Below, piece after piece: positions 51,064 to 63,399 of a stretch of DNA of 64,000 nucleotides. How positions within the stretch are numbered: the first letter of the stretch is position 1; every line of letters starts with the position of its first letter. Origin of the DNA: Octopus vulgaris (taxonomy: Eukaryota); the NCBI GenBank assembly GCA_951406725.2, contig OX597814.1, positions 129,022,001-129,086,000 of the forward strand. Direction: 5' to 3'. Below the pieces are notes generated by a model. The model was not told where the DNA came from. It worked only from the letters and a program-made list of their open reading frames with translations, and searched no databases. A program made the position numbers and the translations under genes.

Positions 51064-52078
51064 TTATATATATATATATATATAATAATAATAATATTAG
51101 GGAATGTGTTTAATTTTTTTCTATATGGTATGATTTAATTATATCATTGTTGAATTGCTACATGGTGGTTCTTCTCTAACTTATATCTATCTCTCTCTCT
51201 CTATATATATATATATATAATCATTTGTGTTTGTCCACCACTGTTTCACAACTGGTGTTGGTTTGTTTTTCTCCATAACTTACAGTTCAGCAAAAGAGAC
51301 CTATAGACTAAGTACCAGCCTGATAAATAAGTACTGGGGTTGATTTCTTCAATTCAAAATAGTGCTCCAGCATGGCTGTGGTCCAATAAGGGAAACAAGT
51401 AAAAGGTATGAATAAAATTAAACTGCATACATTTGTAAACAGGAATTCAGCTGTCAGAAATAATGACAAAACACCTGATGTCTGTTATATGTGTGTTTGT
51501 GTGTGTGTATGCACTTATGAGTGTGCATTGTCTCAAGTGTATATTGCTCTGTGTGTCTGTCTGTCTGTGTCTATTTTCTATTTTCAGACAGTTCCAATCA
51601 AGCATACTGTGATACAAAAGTAGCCTAGAGACTTAATATTGACTGACAAAGCAAAATATATAAAGGGAATAATATAACCATGTTTATATTAGTTTTTGGA
51701 TGACTATTGAACTGTGCCTAACACGACTACACTGGTCTACTTTATCTCAGTGATTTGTGCTCGCAAGCTGTAAAACTTAATCCTATTGAGTGTTAAGCTT
51801 AATCAATCCACCAGGGAAATATCGGGAATCATCATTATTATTCTTAACCCAGATTCTTTCAAGTCAAGATAATTTTTTTTTTCACTTTTTGCAAATTGCA
51901 TTTTTAGATTGTTTTTACTTTAAAAAGAATCTAAAAAATTCTTCAGTTTATTCTTGTTTTTAATTTTTGAGGTTTTAGTTTTTTTTTAGCAGTCATGTAA
52001 GATGTGGCATTGTTAGACCATCCACTACTTGCAGGAATGATTATACATAAGGTTTGCTGTATGATCTCTCCTCATGGT

Positions 52079-52395
52079 GATCATCATCATCATCATCATC
52101 ATCATCGTTTAGCATCCGCTTTCCATGCTGGCATGGGTTGGACAGTGCAACAGGGGTCTGGGAAGCCAGAAGGCTGCACCAGGCCCAGTCTGATCTGGCA
52201 ATGTTTCTATGGCTGGATGCCCTTCCTAACGCCAACCACTCCATGAGTGTAGTGGGTGCTTTTTTACGTGCCAGACGAGGCTGACAAACGGCCACGATCG
52301 GATGGTGCTTTTTACATGCCACTGGCACGGAGGCCAGGCCAGGCTGGCAAACAGCCACGATCGGATGGTGCTTTTTACGTGCCACCGGCACGGAG
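52079..52395 (-). mobile_element. RTE-type LINE 3'UTR fragment
   Basis: (CAT)n start and tandem units. Confidence 0.85.
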
Positions 52396-52705
52396 GTGAT
52401 AATTGATCATCATTTAATGCCCATTTTTCTCTTCATGCATAAGTGAGATGGAATTTGTTGAGGCAGATTTCCTTCAACCGGATACCTTTCCTGTCACCAA
52501 CCCTCATTTGTTTCCAAGTAGAGCAACATTTCCCCATGGCTAGACATGTTTTCCTTTCTACACTGGTAATAAACACATCACTTGTACGATGGTTTACAAC
52601 CATCATGTGATGCCTCAAGAAGAATACAAACACACACACACACACATTAACCTCTAACATCTACCTCCACCTATTTACTCCCCACTCACACTCCTCTCTT
52701 TTTAC

Positions 52706-53110
52706 GCTCTTTTACTTGTTTCAGTCATTTGACTGTGGCCATGCTGGAGCACCGCCTTTAGTTGACCAAATTGACCCCAGGACTTATTCTTTGTAAGCCT
52801 AGTACTTATTCTATCGGTCTCTTTTTGCCGAACCACGAAGTTATGGGGACGTAAACACACCAGCATCAGCTGTCAGGCGATGTTGGTGGGGGACAGACAC
52901 AGACACATAAACATATACACACATATATATATATATATATATATGCATATGACGAGCTTCTTTCAGTTTCTGTCTCCCAAATCCACTCACAAGGCTTTGG
53001 TCGGCCCGAGGCTATAGCAAAAGACACTTGCCTAAGGCGTCACGCAGTGGGACTGAACTTGGAACCATGTGGTTTGTAAGCAAGCTACTTACCACACAAC
53101 CACTCCTGCA
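52706..53110 (-). mobile_element. SINE family A
   Basis: Full-length family match. Confidence 0.9.
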
Positions 53111-53895
53111 CCACAGATTCTCTCATCCCCCTCCCATGATCTATTTTCTGTATCTTTTCATGTACTCACCTTACTCCTTGAGAGTTTGCTCGAGCAACTC
53201 ATCACCACCTTCCCCGTTATCTCTTCCAACCATGTATCCCCTCCGTAGCAAGACACCTGTGCTTGTCACTCCATCATACTTTCAACATCTGACATACAGC
53301 CATCTACCTCCACCTTCCCCTCCCAAATTCTTCCTCTTAGTATTGGAAGCTTTTTCCCTTTCCTTTTCCTCTGTTCTTTTATGTCTTGCATGTTTCATGG
53401 CAACCTCACTAGTGTCGGTGACACATCAAAAGCACCCTGTGCACTCAGTAAAGCAGTTGGCATTAGGAAGGACATCAAGGATTGGAAAACATGCTAAAGA
53501 TGACAATGGAGTCTAACACAGCCCTGCAGTTTGCCAATTCCTACTCAAACTGTCCTGTCCATGCCAACATGGAAAGTAGATGTTAAATGATAATAGTGAT
53601 GTGTGTGTGTCCTTCAACTAACAAAAAAAAACATTTTTGGCCTTGTTGACACATTGCTTTGGTAGTGAATTTACCATCATCACCCTCCCTAATCACCACT
53701 AAACCATACAGGAAGTCATGCTTTCCTTAAATTAATGACTTTATTTCATCATTTTGACATAAACATTTCAAAAGTGCAAGTATAACTGTGTGGTTAAGAA
53801 GTTTGCTTCCCAACCACATGGGTTCAATCCTACTGCAAGGCACCTTTGGTAAGTGCCTTTTACTATAGCCCTGGGGTGACCAAAGCTATGTGTGA

Positions 53896-53940
<45 letters not shown>

Positions 53941-55733
53941 TAATGCTAATTGTTTAAAGGATTGCCATTACTCAAATTAGTTTTGGATGACTTTCAAGAG
54001 TGACCTTAGTGTTCAAGTATGTTAAGTATGTTAAATCTGTGCCTGTAGTTAACTTCCCTATGCACTTTCAGATCAGTTAATTTATTTAAGGTCATTCTTT
54101 TAGATTGCCTGGAATTACCAAATGCAGAACATGCATGCAGCAGCAGTATTGATTTTCTTTATAAACAAATTCATTCTTTGCTTTTACAACTTTGTCATCT
54201 CTGGTACAAATATTCAGTGTCAGTATTGTATAAAAGGAACTCTTAGTTATGTCTTGTTGAAGACATGGCAACTTCTCTAGTGCTGGTGCCAGGATAAACT
54301 GCACCTAAAGTACTCTGTAAAGTAGTTGGTGAATAAGAAAGTTATCCAGCCATAGAAACCATGACAAACTTAATGGTTAGGAAGACATGATCCTCTAATA
54401 GATCTGAATAAGAGCCAAAATTGAATGTGATGCCCCATCTAAGCCATACCTGCATAGTAAGTGGATATAAAACAATAATAATGATGAATTACATTCAGTT
54501 ATGTTGTGCAATAATACATGACTACCATACCTTTCTCATATCATTTTTACTAAATAATTGCTTTCTACTATGGAGATTCTAGTCGTAACCAATACTGCAT
54601 CACATTTTCATTGTTAGTCCATTCACATCTCGGATGTCATCATAATTTAGCATCCATTTTCCATACTGGTATGGATAGGACAGGAACTGGCAAAGCTGGG
54701 ATCTGCACCAGGTTCCATTGTCTTTTGTATGGTTTCTACTGGGAGATACCCTTCCTAATGCCAATCACTTTACAGAGTGTACTGGTTGCTTTTTGATTCG
54801 GTCATTGACTGGTACATTATTTTATGAACCCCAGAATAATGAAAGTTAAAGTTGACTTTGGGGAGATTTGAACTCAGAACATGAAGAGCGGTAATTAATT
54901 ATCACAGGCATGTTATCTGATGCTTCAATGATTCTACTAATCTATAACCTTATTCAAAGATAATAAAATATACCACCCATCTTATGGTGTGTGTGTGTGT
55001 GTCTGCCTGTCTGTCTGTCTGTGAACATGCACACATCCTCCTACATGGGCAATATACTGTACACACATCTCAAGTCTTATATGAACATACACATCTGTAT
55101 GCTTATGAAATGCAAGGATATATCCACATATTGTCATATCTTTTAGCTCTGATTATCGACTCTCCTGTCTCCACCTCCTAGACATTTGCTAGGTACATAT
55201 AGATAATATTTACTGTTTTAGATTCATGTGATTATTGTAACAGAATTACTATGCTTATCTTTATTTTCCTTCAGCTTGTATTATCTTATTTTTGGATATT
55301 ATTATCAGCTCAAAGGAAGTCACAGATTCTAGATGTCTGCTACAGTGTGCGTATGTCTGTGTGTGGAACTTAAATTTTGGGGTGAACACAGATAACTATG
55401 TCATCATTATCAAGTTTGTTATATATAGTATAGTGTTGATAAATAATCACTTTTTATTAATATGCAATGTATATTATTTTTTCATTTGCTTTTATGTTGT
55501 GTATCACCTATCAAAATATGTAGAAAAATAGTAATGTGACAATTAAGACGGCTTCATTTCCAAATATGACTCTCTTCATTGAAACAAGATGTATAGAGAT
55601 GAATGGCACCATTCATTGAATTGTTAGTGAAACCCATCTACCTGTAAATGTAACAAACCAAGGGAGCCTCTGCATGGTCACTCAACCTATTACAATAGCA
55701 GCCAAATCTCCCTAAAATGAACAGACTATTTAA

Positions 55734-55933
55734 CCCTTTCGTTACTGTGTTTCTTTCAAGTACTTTAAATATAACAAAGAATATAGTAAAATAACTTCAT
55801 TATCATTAAGCTAGTGTTAGGAACATAAATTGTGACTAAGGTTTGGTGGAAGATTTTAATTCAAAGCTTATGAAAACAAAACATTTGTACTACAGAGCCA
55901 GAGCTGGTTTCAGCTGGGTTGGTAACAAAAGGG
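55734..55933 (+). mobile_element. piggyBac-type MITE
   Basis: TTAA flanks; CCCTTTCGTTAC...GGTAACAAAAGGG; matches 19723-19943. Confidence 0.85.
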
Positions 55934-56142
55934 TTAAATAAGAAAAAGATATTGAATAAAGTAGTCCTTACATTACTCTATGTCTACCAATATTTACAAA
56001 TGCCGTTTCTGCTGATGTGCCTATGAACCTTTTCCTCCTTATAGTTCTTCTATTGTGTATTTTGTCTTTTTGTGTTTCATTCTGTCGACAGTATAAGTGT
56101 TTTTAGCTACCATTGCTGTCTTTTTATTTTTTATTACTGCTT

Positions 56143-56555
56143 TCTTATTCCTTTACTGCCCACAAGGGGCTACACACAGAGGGGGGAAACAAGGACAGAC
56201 AAACGGATTAAGTCGATTATATTGACCCCAGTGCGTAACTGGTACTTATCTAATCGACCCCGAAAGGATGAAAGGCGAAGTCGACCTCGGCAGAATTTGA
56301 ACTCAGAACGTAATGGCAGACGAAATACCTATTTCTTTACTACCCAGAAGGAGCTAAACAAAGAAAGGACAAACAAGGACAGACAAACGGTTTAAGTTGA
56401 TTATATCGACCCCAGTGCGTAACTGGTACTTATTTAATCAACCCCAAAAGGATGAAAGGCAAAGTCGGCCTCAGTGGAATTTGAACTCAGAACGTAGCGG
56501 CAGACGAAATACCGCTAAGCATTTCGCCCGGCGTGCTAACATTTCTACCAGCTCA
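56143..56555 (-). mobile_element. SINE family B dimer
   Basis: Junction gacgaaatac|ctatttcttt, the reverse complement of aaagaaatag|gtatttcgtc. Confidence 0.85.
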
Positions 56556-56931
56556 CTTTCTGTTCCATCTCCTACTCTTTTCTTATGAGAACTGAGCCCT
56601 GCAATTGAGCCCTGCATACTATAAACTCATCATTATTGTATAACCCTAAAAGAGGGTATATACATTAAATACTTTCCCTCAGAGGTTTTATCAGTTCGTG
56701 TTAACACAAATTATAATAACAACTTGTAATGTATCTAAAACAAATTGGTGAGGCTGATTCCTTCCATCATAGGTGATGGTAGATCCAATCTGTTACTGAT
56801 ATAGCACCACCATCTGGCCTTCAGGTGCCTTTAGCAGAATGTACTCTGTTGCAAACATTTAGGCCAGGCCTTCAATCTTGGAAACCTTGAAAAGGGTCAT
56901 AGATGTTGCACCCCACTAACAACAAACCTCT

Positions 56932-57322
56932 CATTCTCTCTTTTACTTGTTTCAGTCATTTGACTGTGGCCATACTGGAGCACCCACCTTTAGTCGAGCA
57001 AATTGTTCTCAGGACTTATTCTTTGTAAGCCTAGTACTTATTCTATCGCTCTCTTTTGCCAAGCCGCTAAGTTACGAGATGTAAACACACCAACATCGGT
57101 TATCAAGCGATGGTGGGGGGACAAACACAGACACACACATGTGCACACACACACACACATGATGGGCTTCTTTCAGTTTCCGTCTACCAAATCCACTCAC
57201 AAGGTTTTGGTCAACCCAAGGCTATAGTAGAAGACATTCACCCAAGGTGCCATGCAGTGGGACTGAACCCGGAACCATGTGGTTGGGAAGCAAGCTTCTT
57301 ACCACACAGCTATGCCTGCACC
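56932..57322 (-). mobile_element. SINE family A
   Basis: Family match. Confidence 0.88.
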
Positions 57323-57881
57323 TATATGCACACATATATGTGGACTGCATTTAGCAGGCTATGTTTTAAACTGTGTGTAAGGTTTTAAACCATAAACTCT
57401 AACATGTTTTTGTTTGTTACGCCCAGTACTCCAATTAGTATTGGTAGTGTTTTTACTTTATATATCTTATCCTGCCTATTTCCAATTAATGAAACATACT
57501 TTGATAGCTTCTCAACTTCCTTCAAGGCAATGTTTTGGTCAGATCAACAGAACGGCCTGCTCATGAAATAAACATGCAAGTGGCTGTGTACTCCACAGAC
57601 ATGCATACACCTACTGTAGTTCTCAGGGAGTCTCAGCATAACACAGAATGTGACAAGACTGGTGCAACTCATTTTTGCCTGCTATGTAGACTGGAGTAAT
57701 GTGGAATAAAGTGTCTTGCTCAGGATCATTATACATCACTGAGAATTGAACTCATGACTTTATTATTGTGCATCAAAGATCCTAACCACTAAGCCATGTG
57801 CCTTCACACTAATAGAAATTGCACCCAAATAACTCTCAAAAAGATAGGAAACAATGAATAGGGCCCAGTAGGTGGAAGATT

Positions 57882-58111
57882 CTTATTTCTTTATTGCCCA
57901 CAAAGGGCTAAACGTAGAGGGGACAAACAAGGACAGACAAAGGGATTAAGTCAATTAGATTGACCCCAGTGTGTAACTGGTACTTAATTTATCGACCCCG
58001 AAAGGATGAAAGGCAAAGTTGACCTTGGCGGAATTTGAACTCAGAACATAATGGCAGATGAAATACCACTAAGCATTTTGCCCGGCGTGCTAACATTTCT
58101 GCCAGCTCGCC
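57882..58111 (-). mobile_element. SINE family B monomer with 14-bp TSD
   Basis: TSD gtagg(t/c)ggaagatt at 57868 and 58112. Confidence 0.88.
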
Positions 58112-58134
58112 GTAGGCGGAAGATTATCACGTTG

Positions 58135-58348
58135 TCTGCAGAGGTAGTGGAGGTTGCCTTGAGGATATGTGAGCCTTGGAAGGAGTAGTGCTACAAGGGG
58201 TAATGCTAATTGGACACAAGCAGGGCTTGATCAACCCCCAGGTGGGTCACCTGGACGAGGGTGTCAGATGTTGAAAGATCTGAACCACCTAATAACTCCA
58301 GGGAACATCACTGATGCTGCTGTGCCCAGGTGCATCACAAGATGATGT
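58135..58348 (+). mobile_element. Possible Hero/R2-group (restriction-like endonuclease LINE) 3' end
   Basis: ggacacaagcagggcttgatcaacccc...gggtcacctggacgagggtgtc.gatgttgaaaga...acatcactgatg...gtgcatc resembles HERO-type 3'UTRs as I remember them; not verified by search. Confidence 0.45.
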
Positions 58349-59431
58349 TGGGAAAAACTCTTAAATAAATTATATCAGAAAATCCTGAAAATATATATAT
58401 ATGGTCATGGCTGGAATGCCTTTGACCAAAGATCTATCTTTTAACCATAGAACTGACCTGTGGCTAAACAACACTGTAATAACATATACTACCACAAGCA
58501 AAGTTTGAACCTACAACAGTTAGGTCTACAGCTTAGTATTGCTTACTAACAAGCTTAAGTCAACATGTTTTTATTAATTATGTGTTTTCATCAGTCCAAC
58601 TGCACTTTAGTGGAATGGTAAAAGCATATTTTTAGAGTATTTTGTCAATAGAAATAGAACTGTTGGTCAATCTGTAATCTAACTCTTGCTCTTCTTGACT
58701 CTCTTTCTTGCTCTCCTCCACTTTCTGCCTCTCTTTTCTCTTTTACTTTCTATATACTTCTCTCTCTTTGTCTTCTACCATTCACCTTCACACACACACA
58801 CACACTCATTTCTTCCCCTCCTCCTCTCTCTGCTTGTTTGTCTTTTACTTTTTAAGTGTCTCCCCCTGTCTATTTGTGTTTGTCTTCTTTTAATTTCCCT
58901 CTTCCTCTCTCCTCCTCTCATTTTCTGTTTGGCTCTCTCCTCTATATTTTTGTCAGCCTGATTATCTGACACTCTCTATCACTACCAACTCATTCTTCAT
59001 CACTCTCTGGCTACCCATCGTCCCACAGCATTCTCTCTCTCTCCCTCTCTTCACTTTCTCATTCTGTTGCTTTTGACCATCCCATCTCTCCCTTACACTC
59101 ACACACACACACACACACACATTCAGCCACATGCCAGAGTGCTTTCGAAATGTTTATTTTGTTATTAAACCAGTCTCTAATTGCTATAGATGAAGTATAT
59201 TCAATTACTAATTGGTAATAAAAGTTTCTCTTCAGATTTCTTACACACAGGATCCTGCTTATGGCTGGAAATTAACCAGCATTTAAGGGTGGCGATAAAT
59301 TAGAAAAAACAACAATGATAATTCGTTTTGCAAGATTCTTGATGTGAAATTGCGTGTTGAAACAGATATTGTTGTATTTCGGAATAGTCATTGTATTTTT
59401 TTTTCTTTTTGCCAAATAAACACACGCATGC

Positions 59432-59652
59432 TTTTATTCTCTTTTGCTCTTTTACGTGTTTCAGTCATTTGACTGTGGCCATGCTAGAGCACCACCTTTA
59501 GTTGAGCAAATTGACCCCAGGACTTATTCTTTGTAAGCCTAGTACTTATTCTATCGATCTCTTTTGCCGAACTGCTAAGTTACAGGGACGTAAGCACACC
59601 AGCATCGGTTGTCAAGTGATGTTGGGGTACAAACACAGACACACAAACATAT

Positions 59653-59703
<51 letters not shown>

Positions 59704-59862
59704 AGGGGCTTCTTTCAGTTTCCGTCTACCAAATCCACTCACAAGACTTTGGTCAGCCTGAGGCTATGGTAGAAGACACTTGCCCAAGGTGCCACGCAGT
59801 GGGACTGAACCTGGAACCATGTGGTGTGTAAGCAAGCTACTTACCACACAGCCACTCATGCA
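59432..59862 (-). mobile_element. SINE family A
   Basis: Family match. Confidence 0.88.
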
Positions 59863-61357
59863 CGATATATTTTTCTTCACTCATTTATTACTGTTCTTAT
59901 TATATTATTTTAACTCCCGTTCATTGTCTGGAAATCTTTCGTCACACATCTGTGACCTCTTCAGCGACACTTTTCATTTTTGTGTGATTTAAAATTTTTG
60001 CACAAGGCCAGTAATTTTAGGAGAAGGGATTTTAGGGGCTAAGTCATTGCATCAACCCACTGCTCAACTGCTACTTTTAGTTTGAACTTTTGTAGGGCAA
60101 TGCCTACAGAAAAACTATAGAGAGGAATAGGTTAATAAAAAAGCGTTTATGTTGTTGCTCAGCCTGTTAGAAATAGCAACCAAGTCTCTGATATACCTTA
60201 TCTCACTTGCCTATAAAAAGTGAAGGGCTTAGTTGGTAATGCATTCAAGATATACTGCGGTCTGAATTGAAAATGGGATGGTCATGACTGGAATACCTTT
60301 GATCATTGGTCTGCCCAGTTAAGTCTGACCAGGACTAAAATAACAAGAATATATGAGTGAAGGAATGGCAGAGTGCTGTAGTTCTTTGGAGGAATCATTG
60401 GGCAAAGTGTATAGTGTGAAATCTGGGGTAGGGGGCGATATAGAAAAGATGAATGAATGAGAAGCAGGTACTGAGTGTGTGTTGCAGTAACACTGTCAGA
60501 GGCATGCAAAGATTACTTGAGTGGAGAACACAGCTGGATGGTGGGTTGAAAACTGAAAATGAATATCCTATATTTTTACTACAAAAAATGCAAAATGAAA
60601 ATATGTGTTGATAGAAAGCTTACCTAGCAGGTTCACTTTAACTCAAATTAACGAAAAATTATGAATATCCTACATTTTTACTACAAAAAATACAAAATGG
60701 AAATATAATGTGTTTTATTTCTAGTTTTAAGTTGAAGTAATATGATAAACACATTGTAGTTTTGTTGAAAGATTATTCCCGTTTATTTCTATCAAGCTTA
60801 ACTAATTATTTTTCTGTGCGGAGGCGGTACTGGTACCATAACCAATGAGGTAAATCTAAGGCGTGGTTAAAGCTTGTTGAAAACTCTTCTTTGTATCGGA
60901 AGAGCTGTCACTACATGATTGTGGCCTGTAAAACACCGCTAACTGCTGTTGGCTACAGTCTGGTGTGTTTAGCAGTATTAGTATCAATGAAAGAAAATAC
61001 AAGATATTTATCTGTCTGCCTGTATGGAAAACAGATGTTAAAAGATGATGATGAAATGATATAAGACTGTGTGGTTAAGATGCTTGCTTTGCAATCGTGT
61101 GGTTTTTGGGATCAGTTCCACTGCAACTTTCCACAGATGGTTCATTCCTACTCTAGCACCAGGCTGACAAATACCTTGTGAGTGAATTTGGTAGATGGAG
61201 ACTGTGTGGAAGCACATCATGTGGGTGTGTTTCTTTGTGTCTCTGTTTGCTACCACCACCACCACCAATTAACAACTGGTGCTGGTTTGTTGTGTCCCCA
61301 TAACTTAACAGACCATATCGCTTTCTTAATTTAAAGGTTCTACATTTATATTTTTTA

Positions 61358-61590
61358 AGGCGACAAGCTGGCAGAATTGTTAGCACACTGGGTGAAATGC
61401 TAAGTAGTATTTCGTCTGCTGCTACATTCTGAGTTCAAATTCCACCAAGGTCGATTTTGCCCTTTATCCTCTCAGGGTTGATTAAATAAGTACCAGTTAT
61501 GCACTGGGGTCAATGTAATCGATTTAATCCCTTTGTCTATCCTACTTTGTCCCCTCTATGTTTAGCCCCCTGTGGGCAATAAAGAAATAT
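61358..61590 (+). mobile_element. SINE family B monomer
   Basis: Family match. Confidence 0.85.
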
Positions 61591-61640
61591 ATATTTATAT
61601 TTTTCACCAATATACCTACATACACACACACACATATATG

Positions 61641-61667
<27 letters not shown>

Positions 61668-61671
<4 letters not shown>

Positions 61672-62039
61672 CTTGTTTCAGTCATTTGATTGCGGCCATG
61701 CTGGGGCAAGGGTTTTTAACCAAACTAATAAACCTCAGAACTTTTTTTTTTAAGCCCAGTACCTATTCTATTGATCTTTTTTGCTGAACTGCTAAATCAC
61801 AAGGACATAAACACACCAACACTGGTTGTCAAGTGGGGGGGGGGACAAACGCAGACACAAAGACATGTACACACATATGATGGGCTTCTTCAGTTTCCAT
61901 TTACCAAATCCAATCACAAAGCTTTGGTTGGCTCGAGGCTATAGTAGAAAGACACTTGTCCAAAGTGACATGCAGTGGGACTGAACCTGAAACCATGTGG
62001 TTGGGGAGCAAACATCTTACCACACAGCTGCACCTGTGC

Positions 62040-62040
<1 letters not shown>
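61668..62040 (-). mobile_element. SINE family A, older copy
   Basis: Family match. Confidence 0.8.
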
Positions 62041-62106
<66 letters not shown>

Positions 62107-62181
62107 ATGTGTGTGTGTATTTGTATGTGTGTGTCTGTGTTTATATTCAATTACATTAATCTGATGTGTTACTCTATATTT

Positions 62182-62328
62182 TTGTAGAGTAGAAATTTAT
62201 TATTTTTATACAAGTATGTTGTTGACTGTGACCTTGAAGTTTCAGCCAGGTGATGACTTAGCTGGACAAAACTTTGAAGTTACTGTCAACAACATTCTTG
62301 CATAAGATTAATAAATACACTCACACAA
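62182..62328. repeat. Imperfect fold-back hairpin (50-65 bp arms)
   Basis: atacaagtatgttgttgactgtgaccttgaagttt pairs with aaactttgaagttactgtcaacaacattcttgcat, with many G-U pairs. Confidence 0.75.
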
Positions 62329-63399
62329 TGCTCTTCTGCATTGCTTTTGTGTATCAAATTTTCTTCTGTTCTACCTTTAATACCTAATGGATCTAAAAAG
62401 CTGATGACTAAAACACTATGTGTTGTGATATAATGTTCTTGGCCATTCTTCTAATGGTGCCAGACACTAACCAATTTTATTATAAAATGAAAGCTGACAT
62501 ATTCAGAGTACTGGGATCTAACATTAGTTACAAGTTTTACACCAAAAAGAATTTTGGAGAAGAAATAAGATTTTTCCAAACTGAAGGTAAATTTAATGCT
62601 CAATTGAATTCATCCAAAAGACATTAGGATTCTAACAACAATAATAATTTCTTTCATACATCATCATTTAAATAAAAGAGCAGCTATTTTAAGTGAGGAA
62701 AGGATTAATGAAAGAAGAAATAAAGTAAAAACACCTTTCTGACCATGCCAGCAGGAGATCTGTTCCTTTGTAGGTTCCCTTCCTCCAATAATATGCAAAG
62801 CACGCAACATAAGCATTAGGAATTACACTTGACAAATGTTCTGGAACCAGGTTAATTCCCATCTGACATCTTCTGAACCAGGCATGAGCAACTGTTTTTT
62901 TGAGGAACAGGCCACATGAAAGACATGGCTTGTCATCAAGCAGACTTCACCATTCAAGGTAATTTTTCATTAACATGCCATTCAGGAAGTCCCATGGGAA
63001 GCAGTTTGACCATGTCTGTTCTCAACTGATATCAAATCTCCTTCATCCGGTCTTCTCAAAACATGACAAGAGCAAGGCACAGTTTGCTGCTATAGTGGGA
63101 GAATGTACCATAACATTGAGTGTTCTGTTAGCTTATTGTACCTCAGTTATGGAGATGGAAGTTCAGTGTCATTTTATTTTGTGTTTTAAAAGGGCTAATA
63201 AAATGAGATCAAATGAGACATGGGTAGGCGTGGCTGTGTATTAAGAAGTTTGCTTCCAATCCATGTGGTTTGGGGTTTGATCCCACTGCATGGCACCTTG
63301 GGCAAGCAAGTGCCTTGTAATATGTAAACCCTAGTTGACCAAAAACTTGTGTGTAGATTTAGTAAATGGAAATTAAAAGGAGCCTGTTGTGTGTGTGTG

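Noticed and set aside
55275-55350. Possible small exon (ttttccttcag acceptor, gtatgt donor)
   Set aside because: Open frames give no recognisable protein; cannot be supported without RNA-seq
58686-59120. Hydrophobic ORFs suggesting a membrane protein
   Set aside because: Low-complexity CT-rich tract
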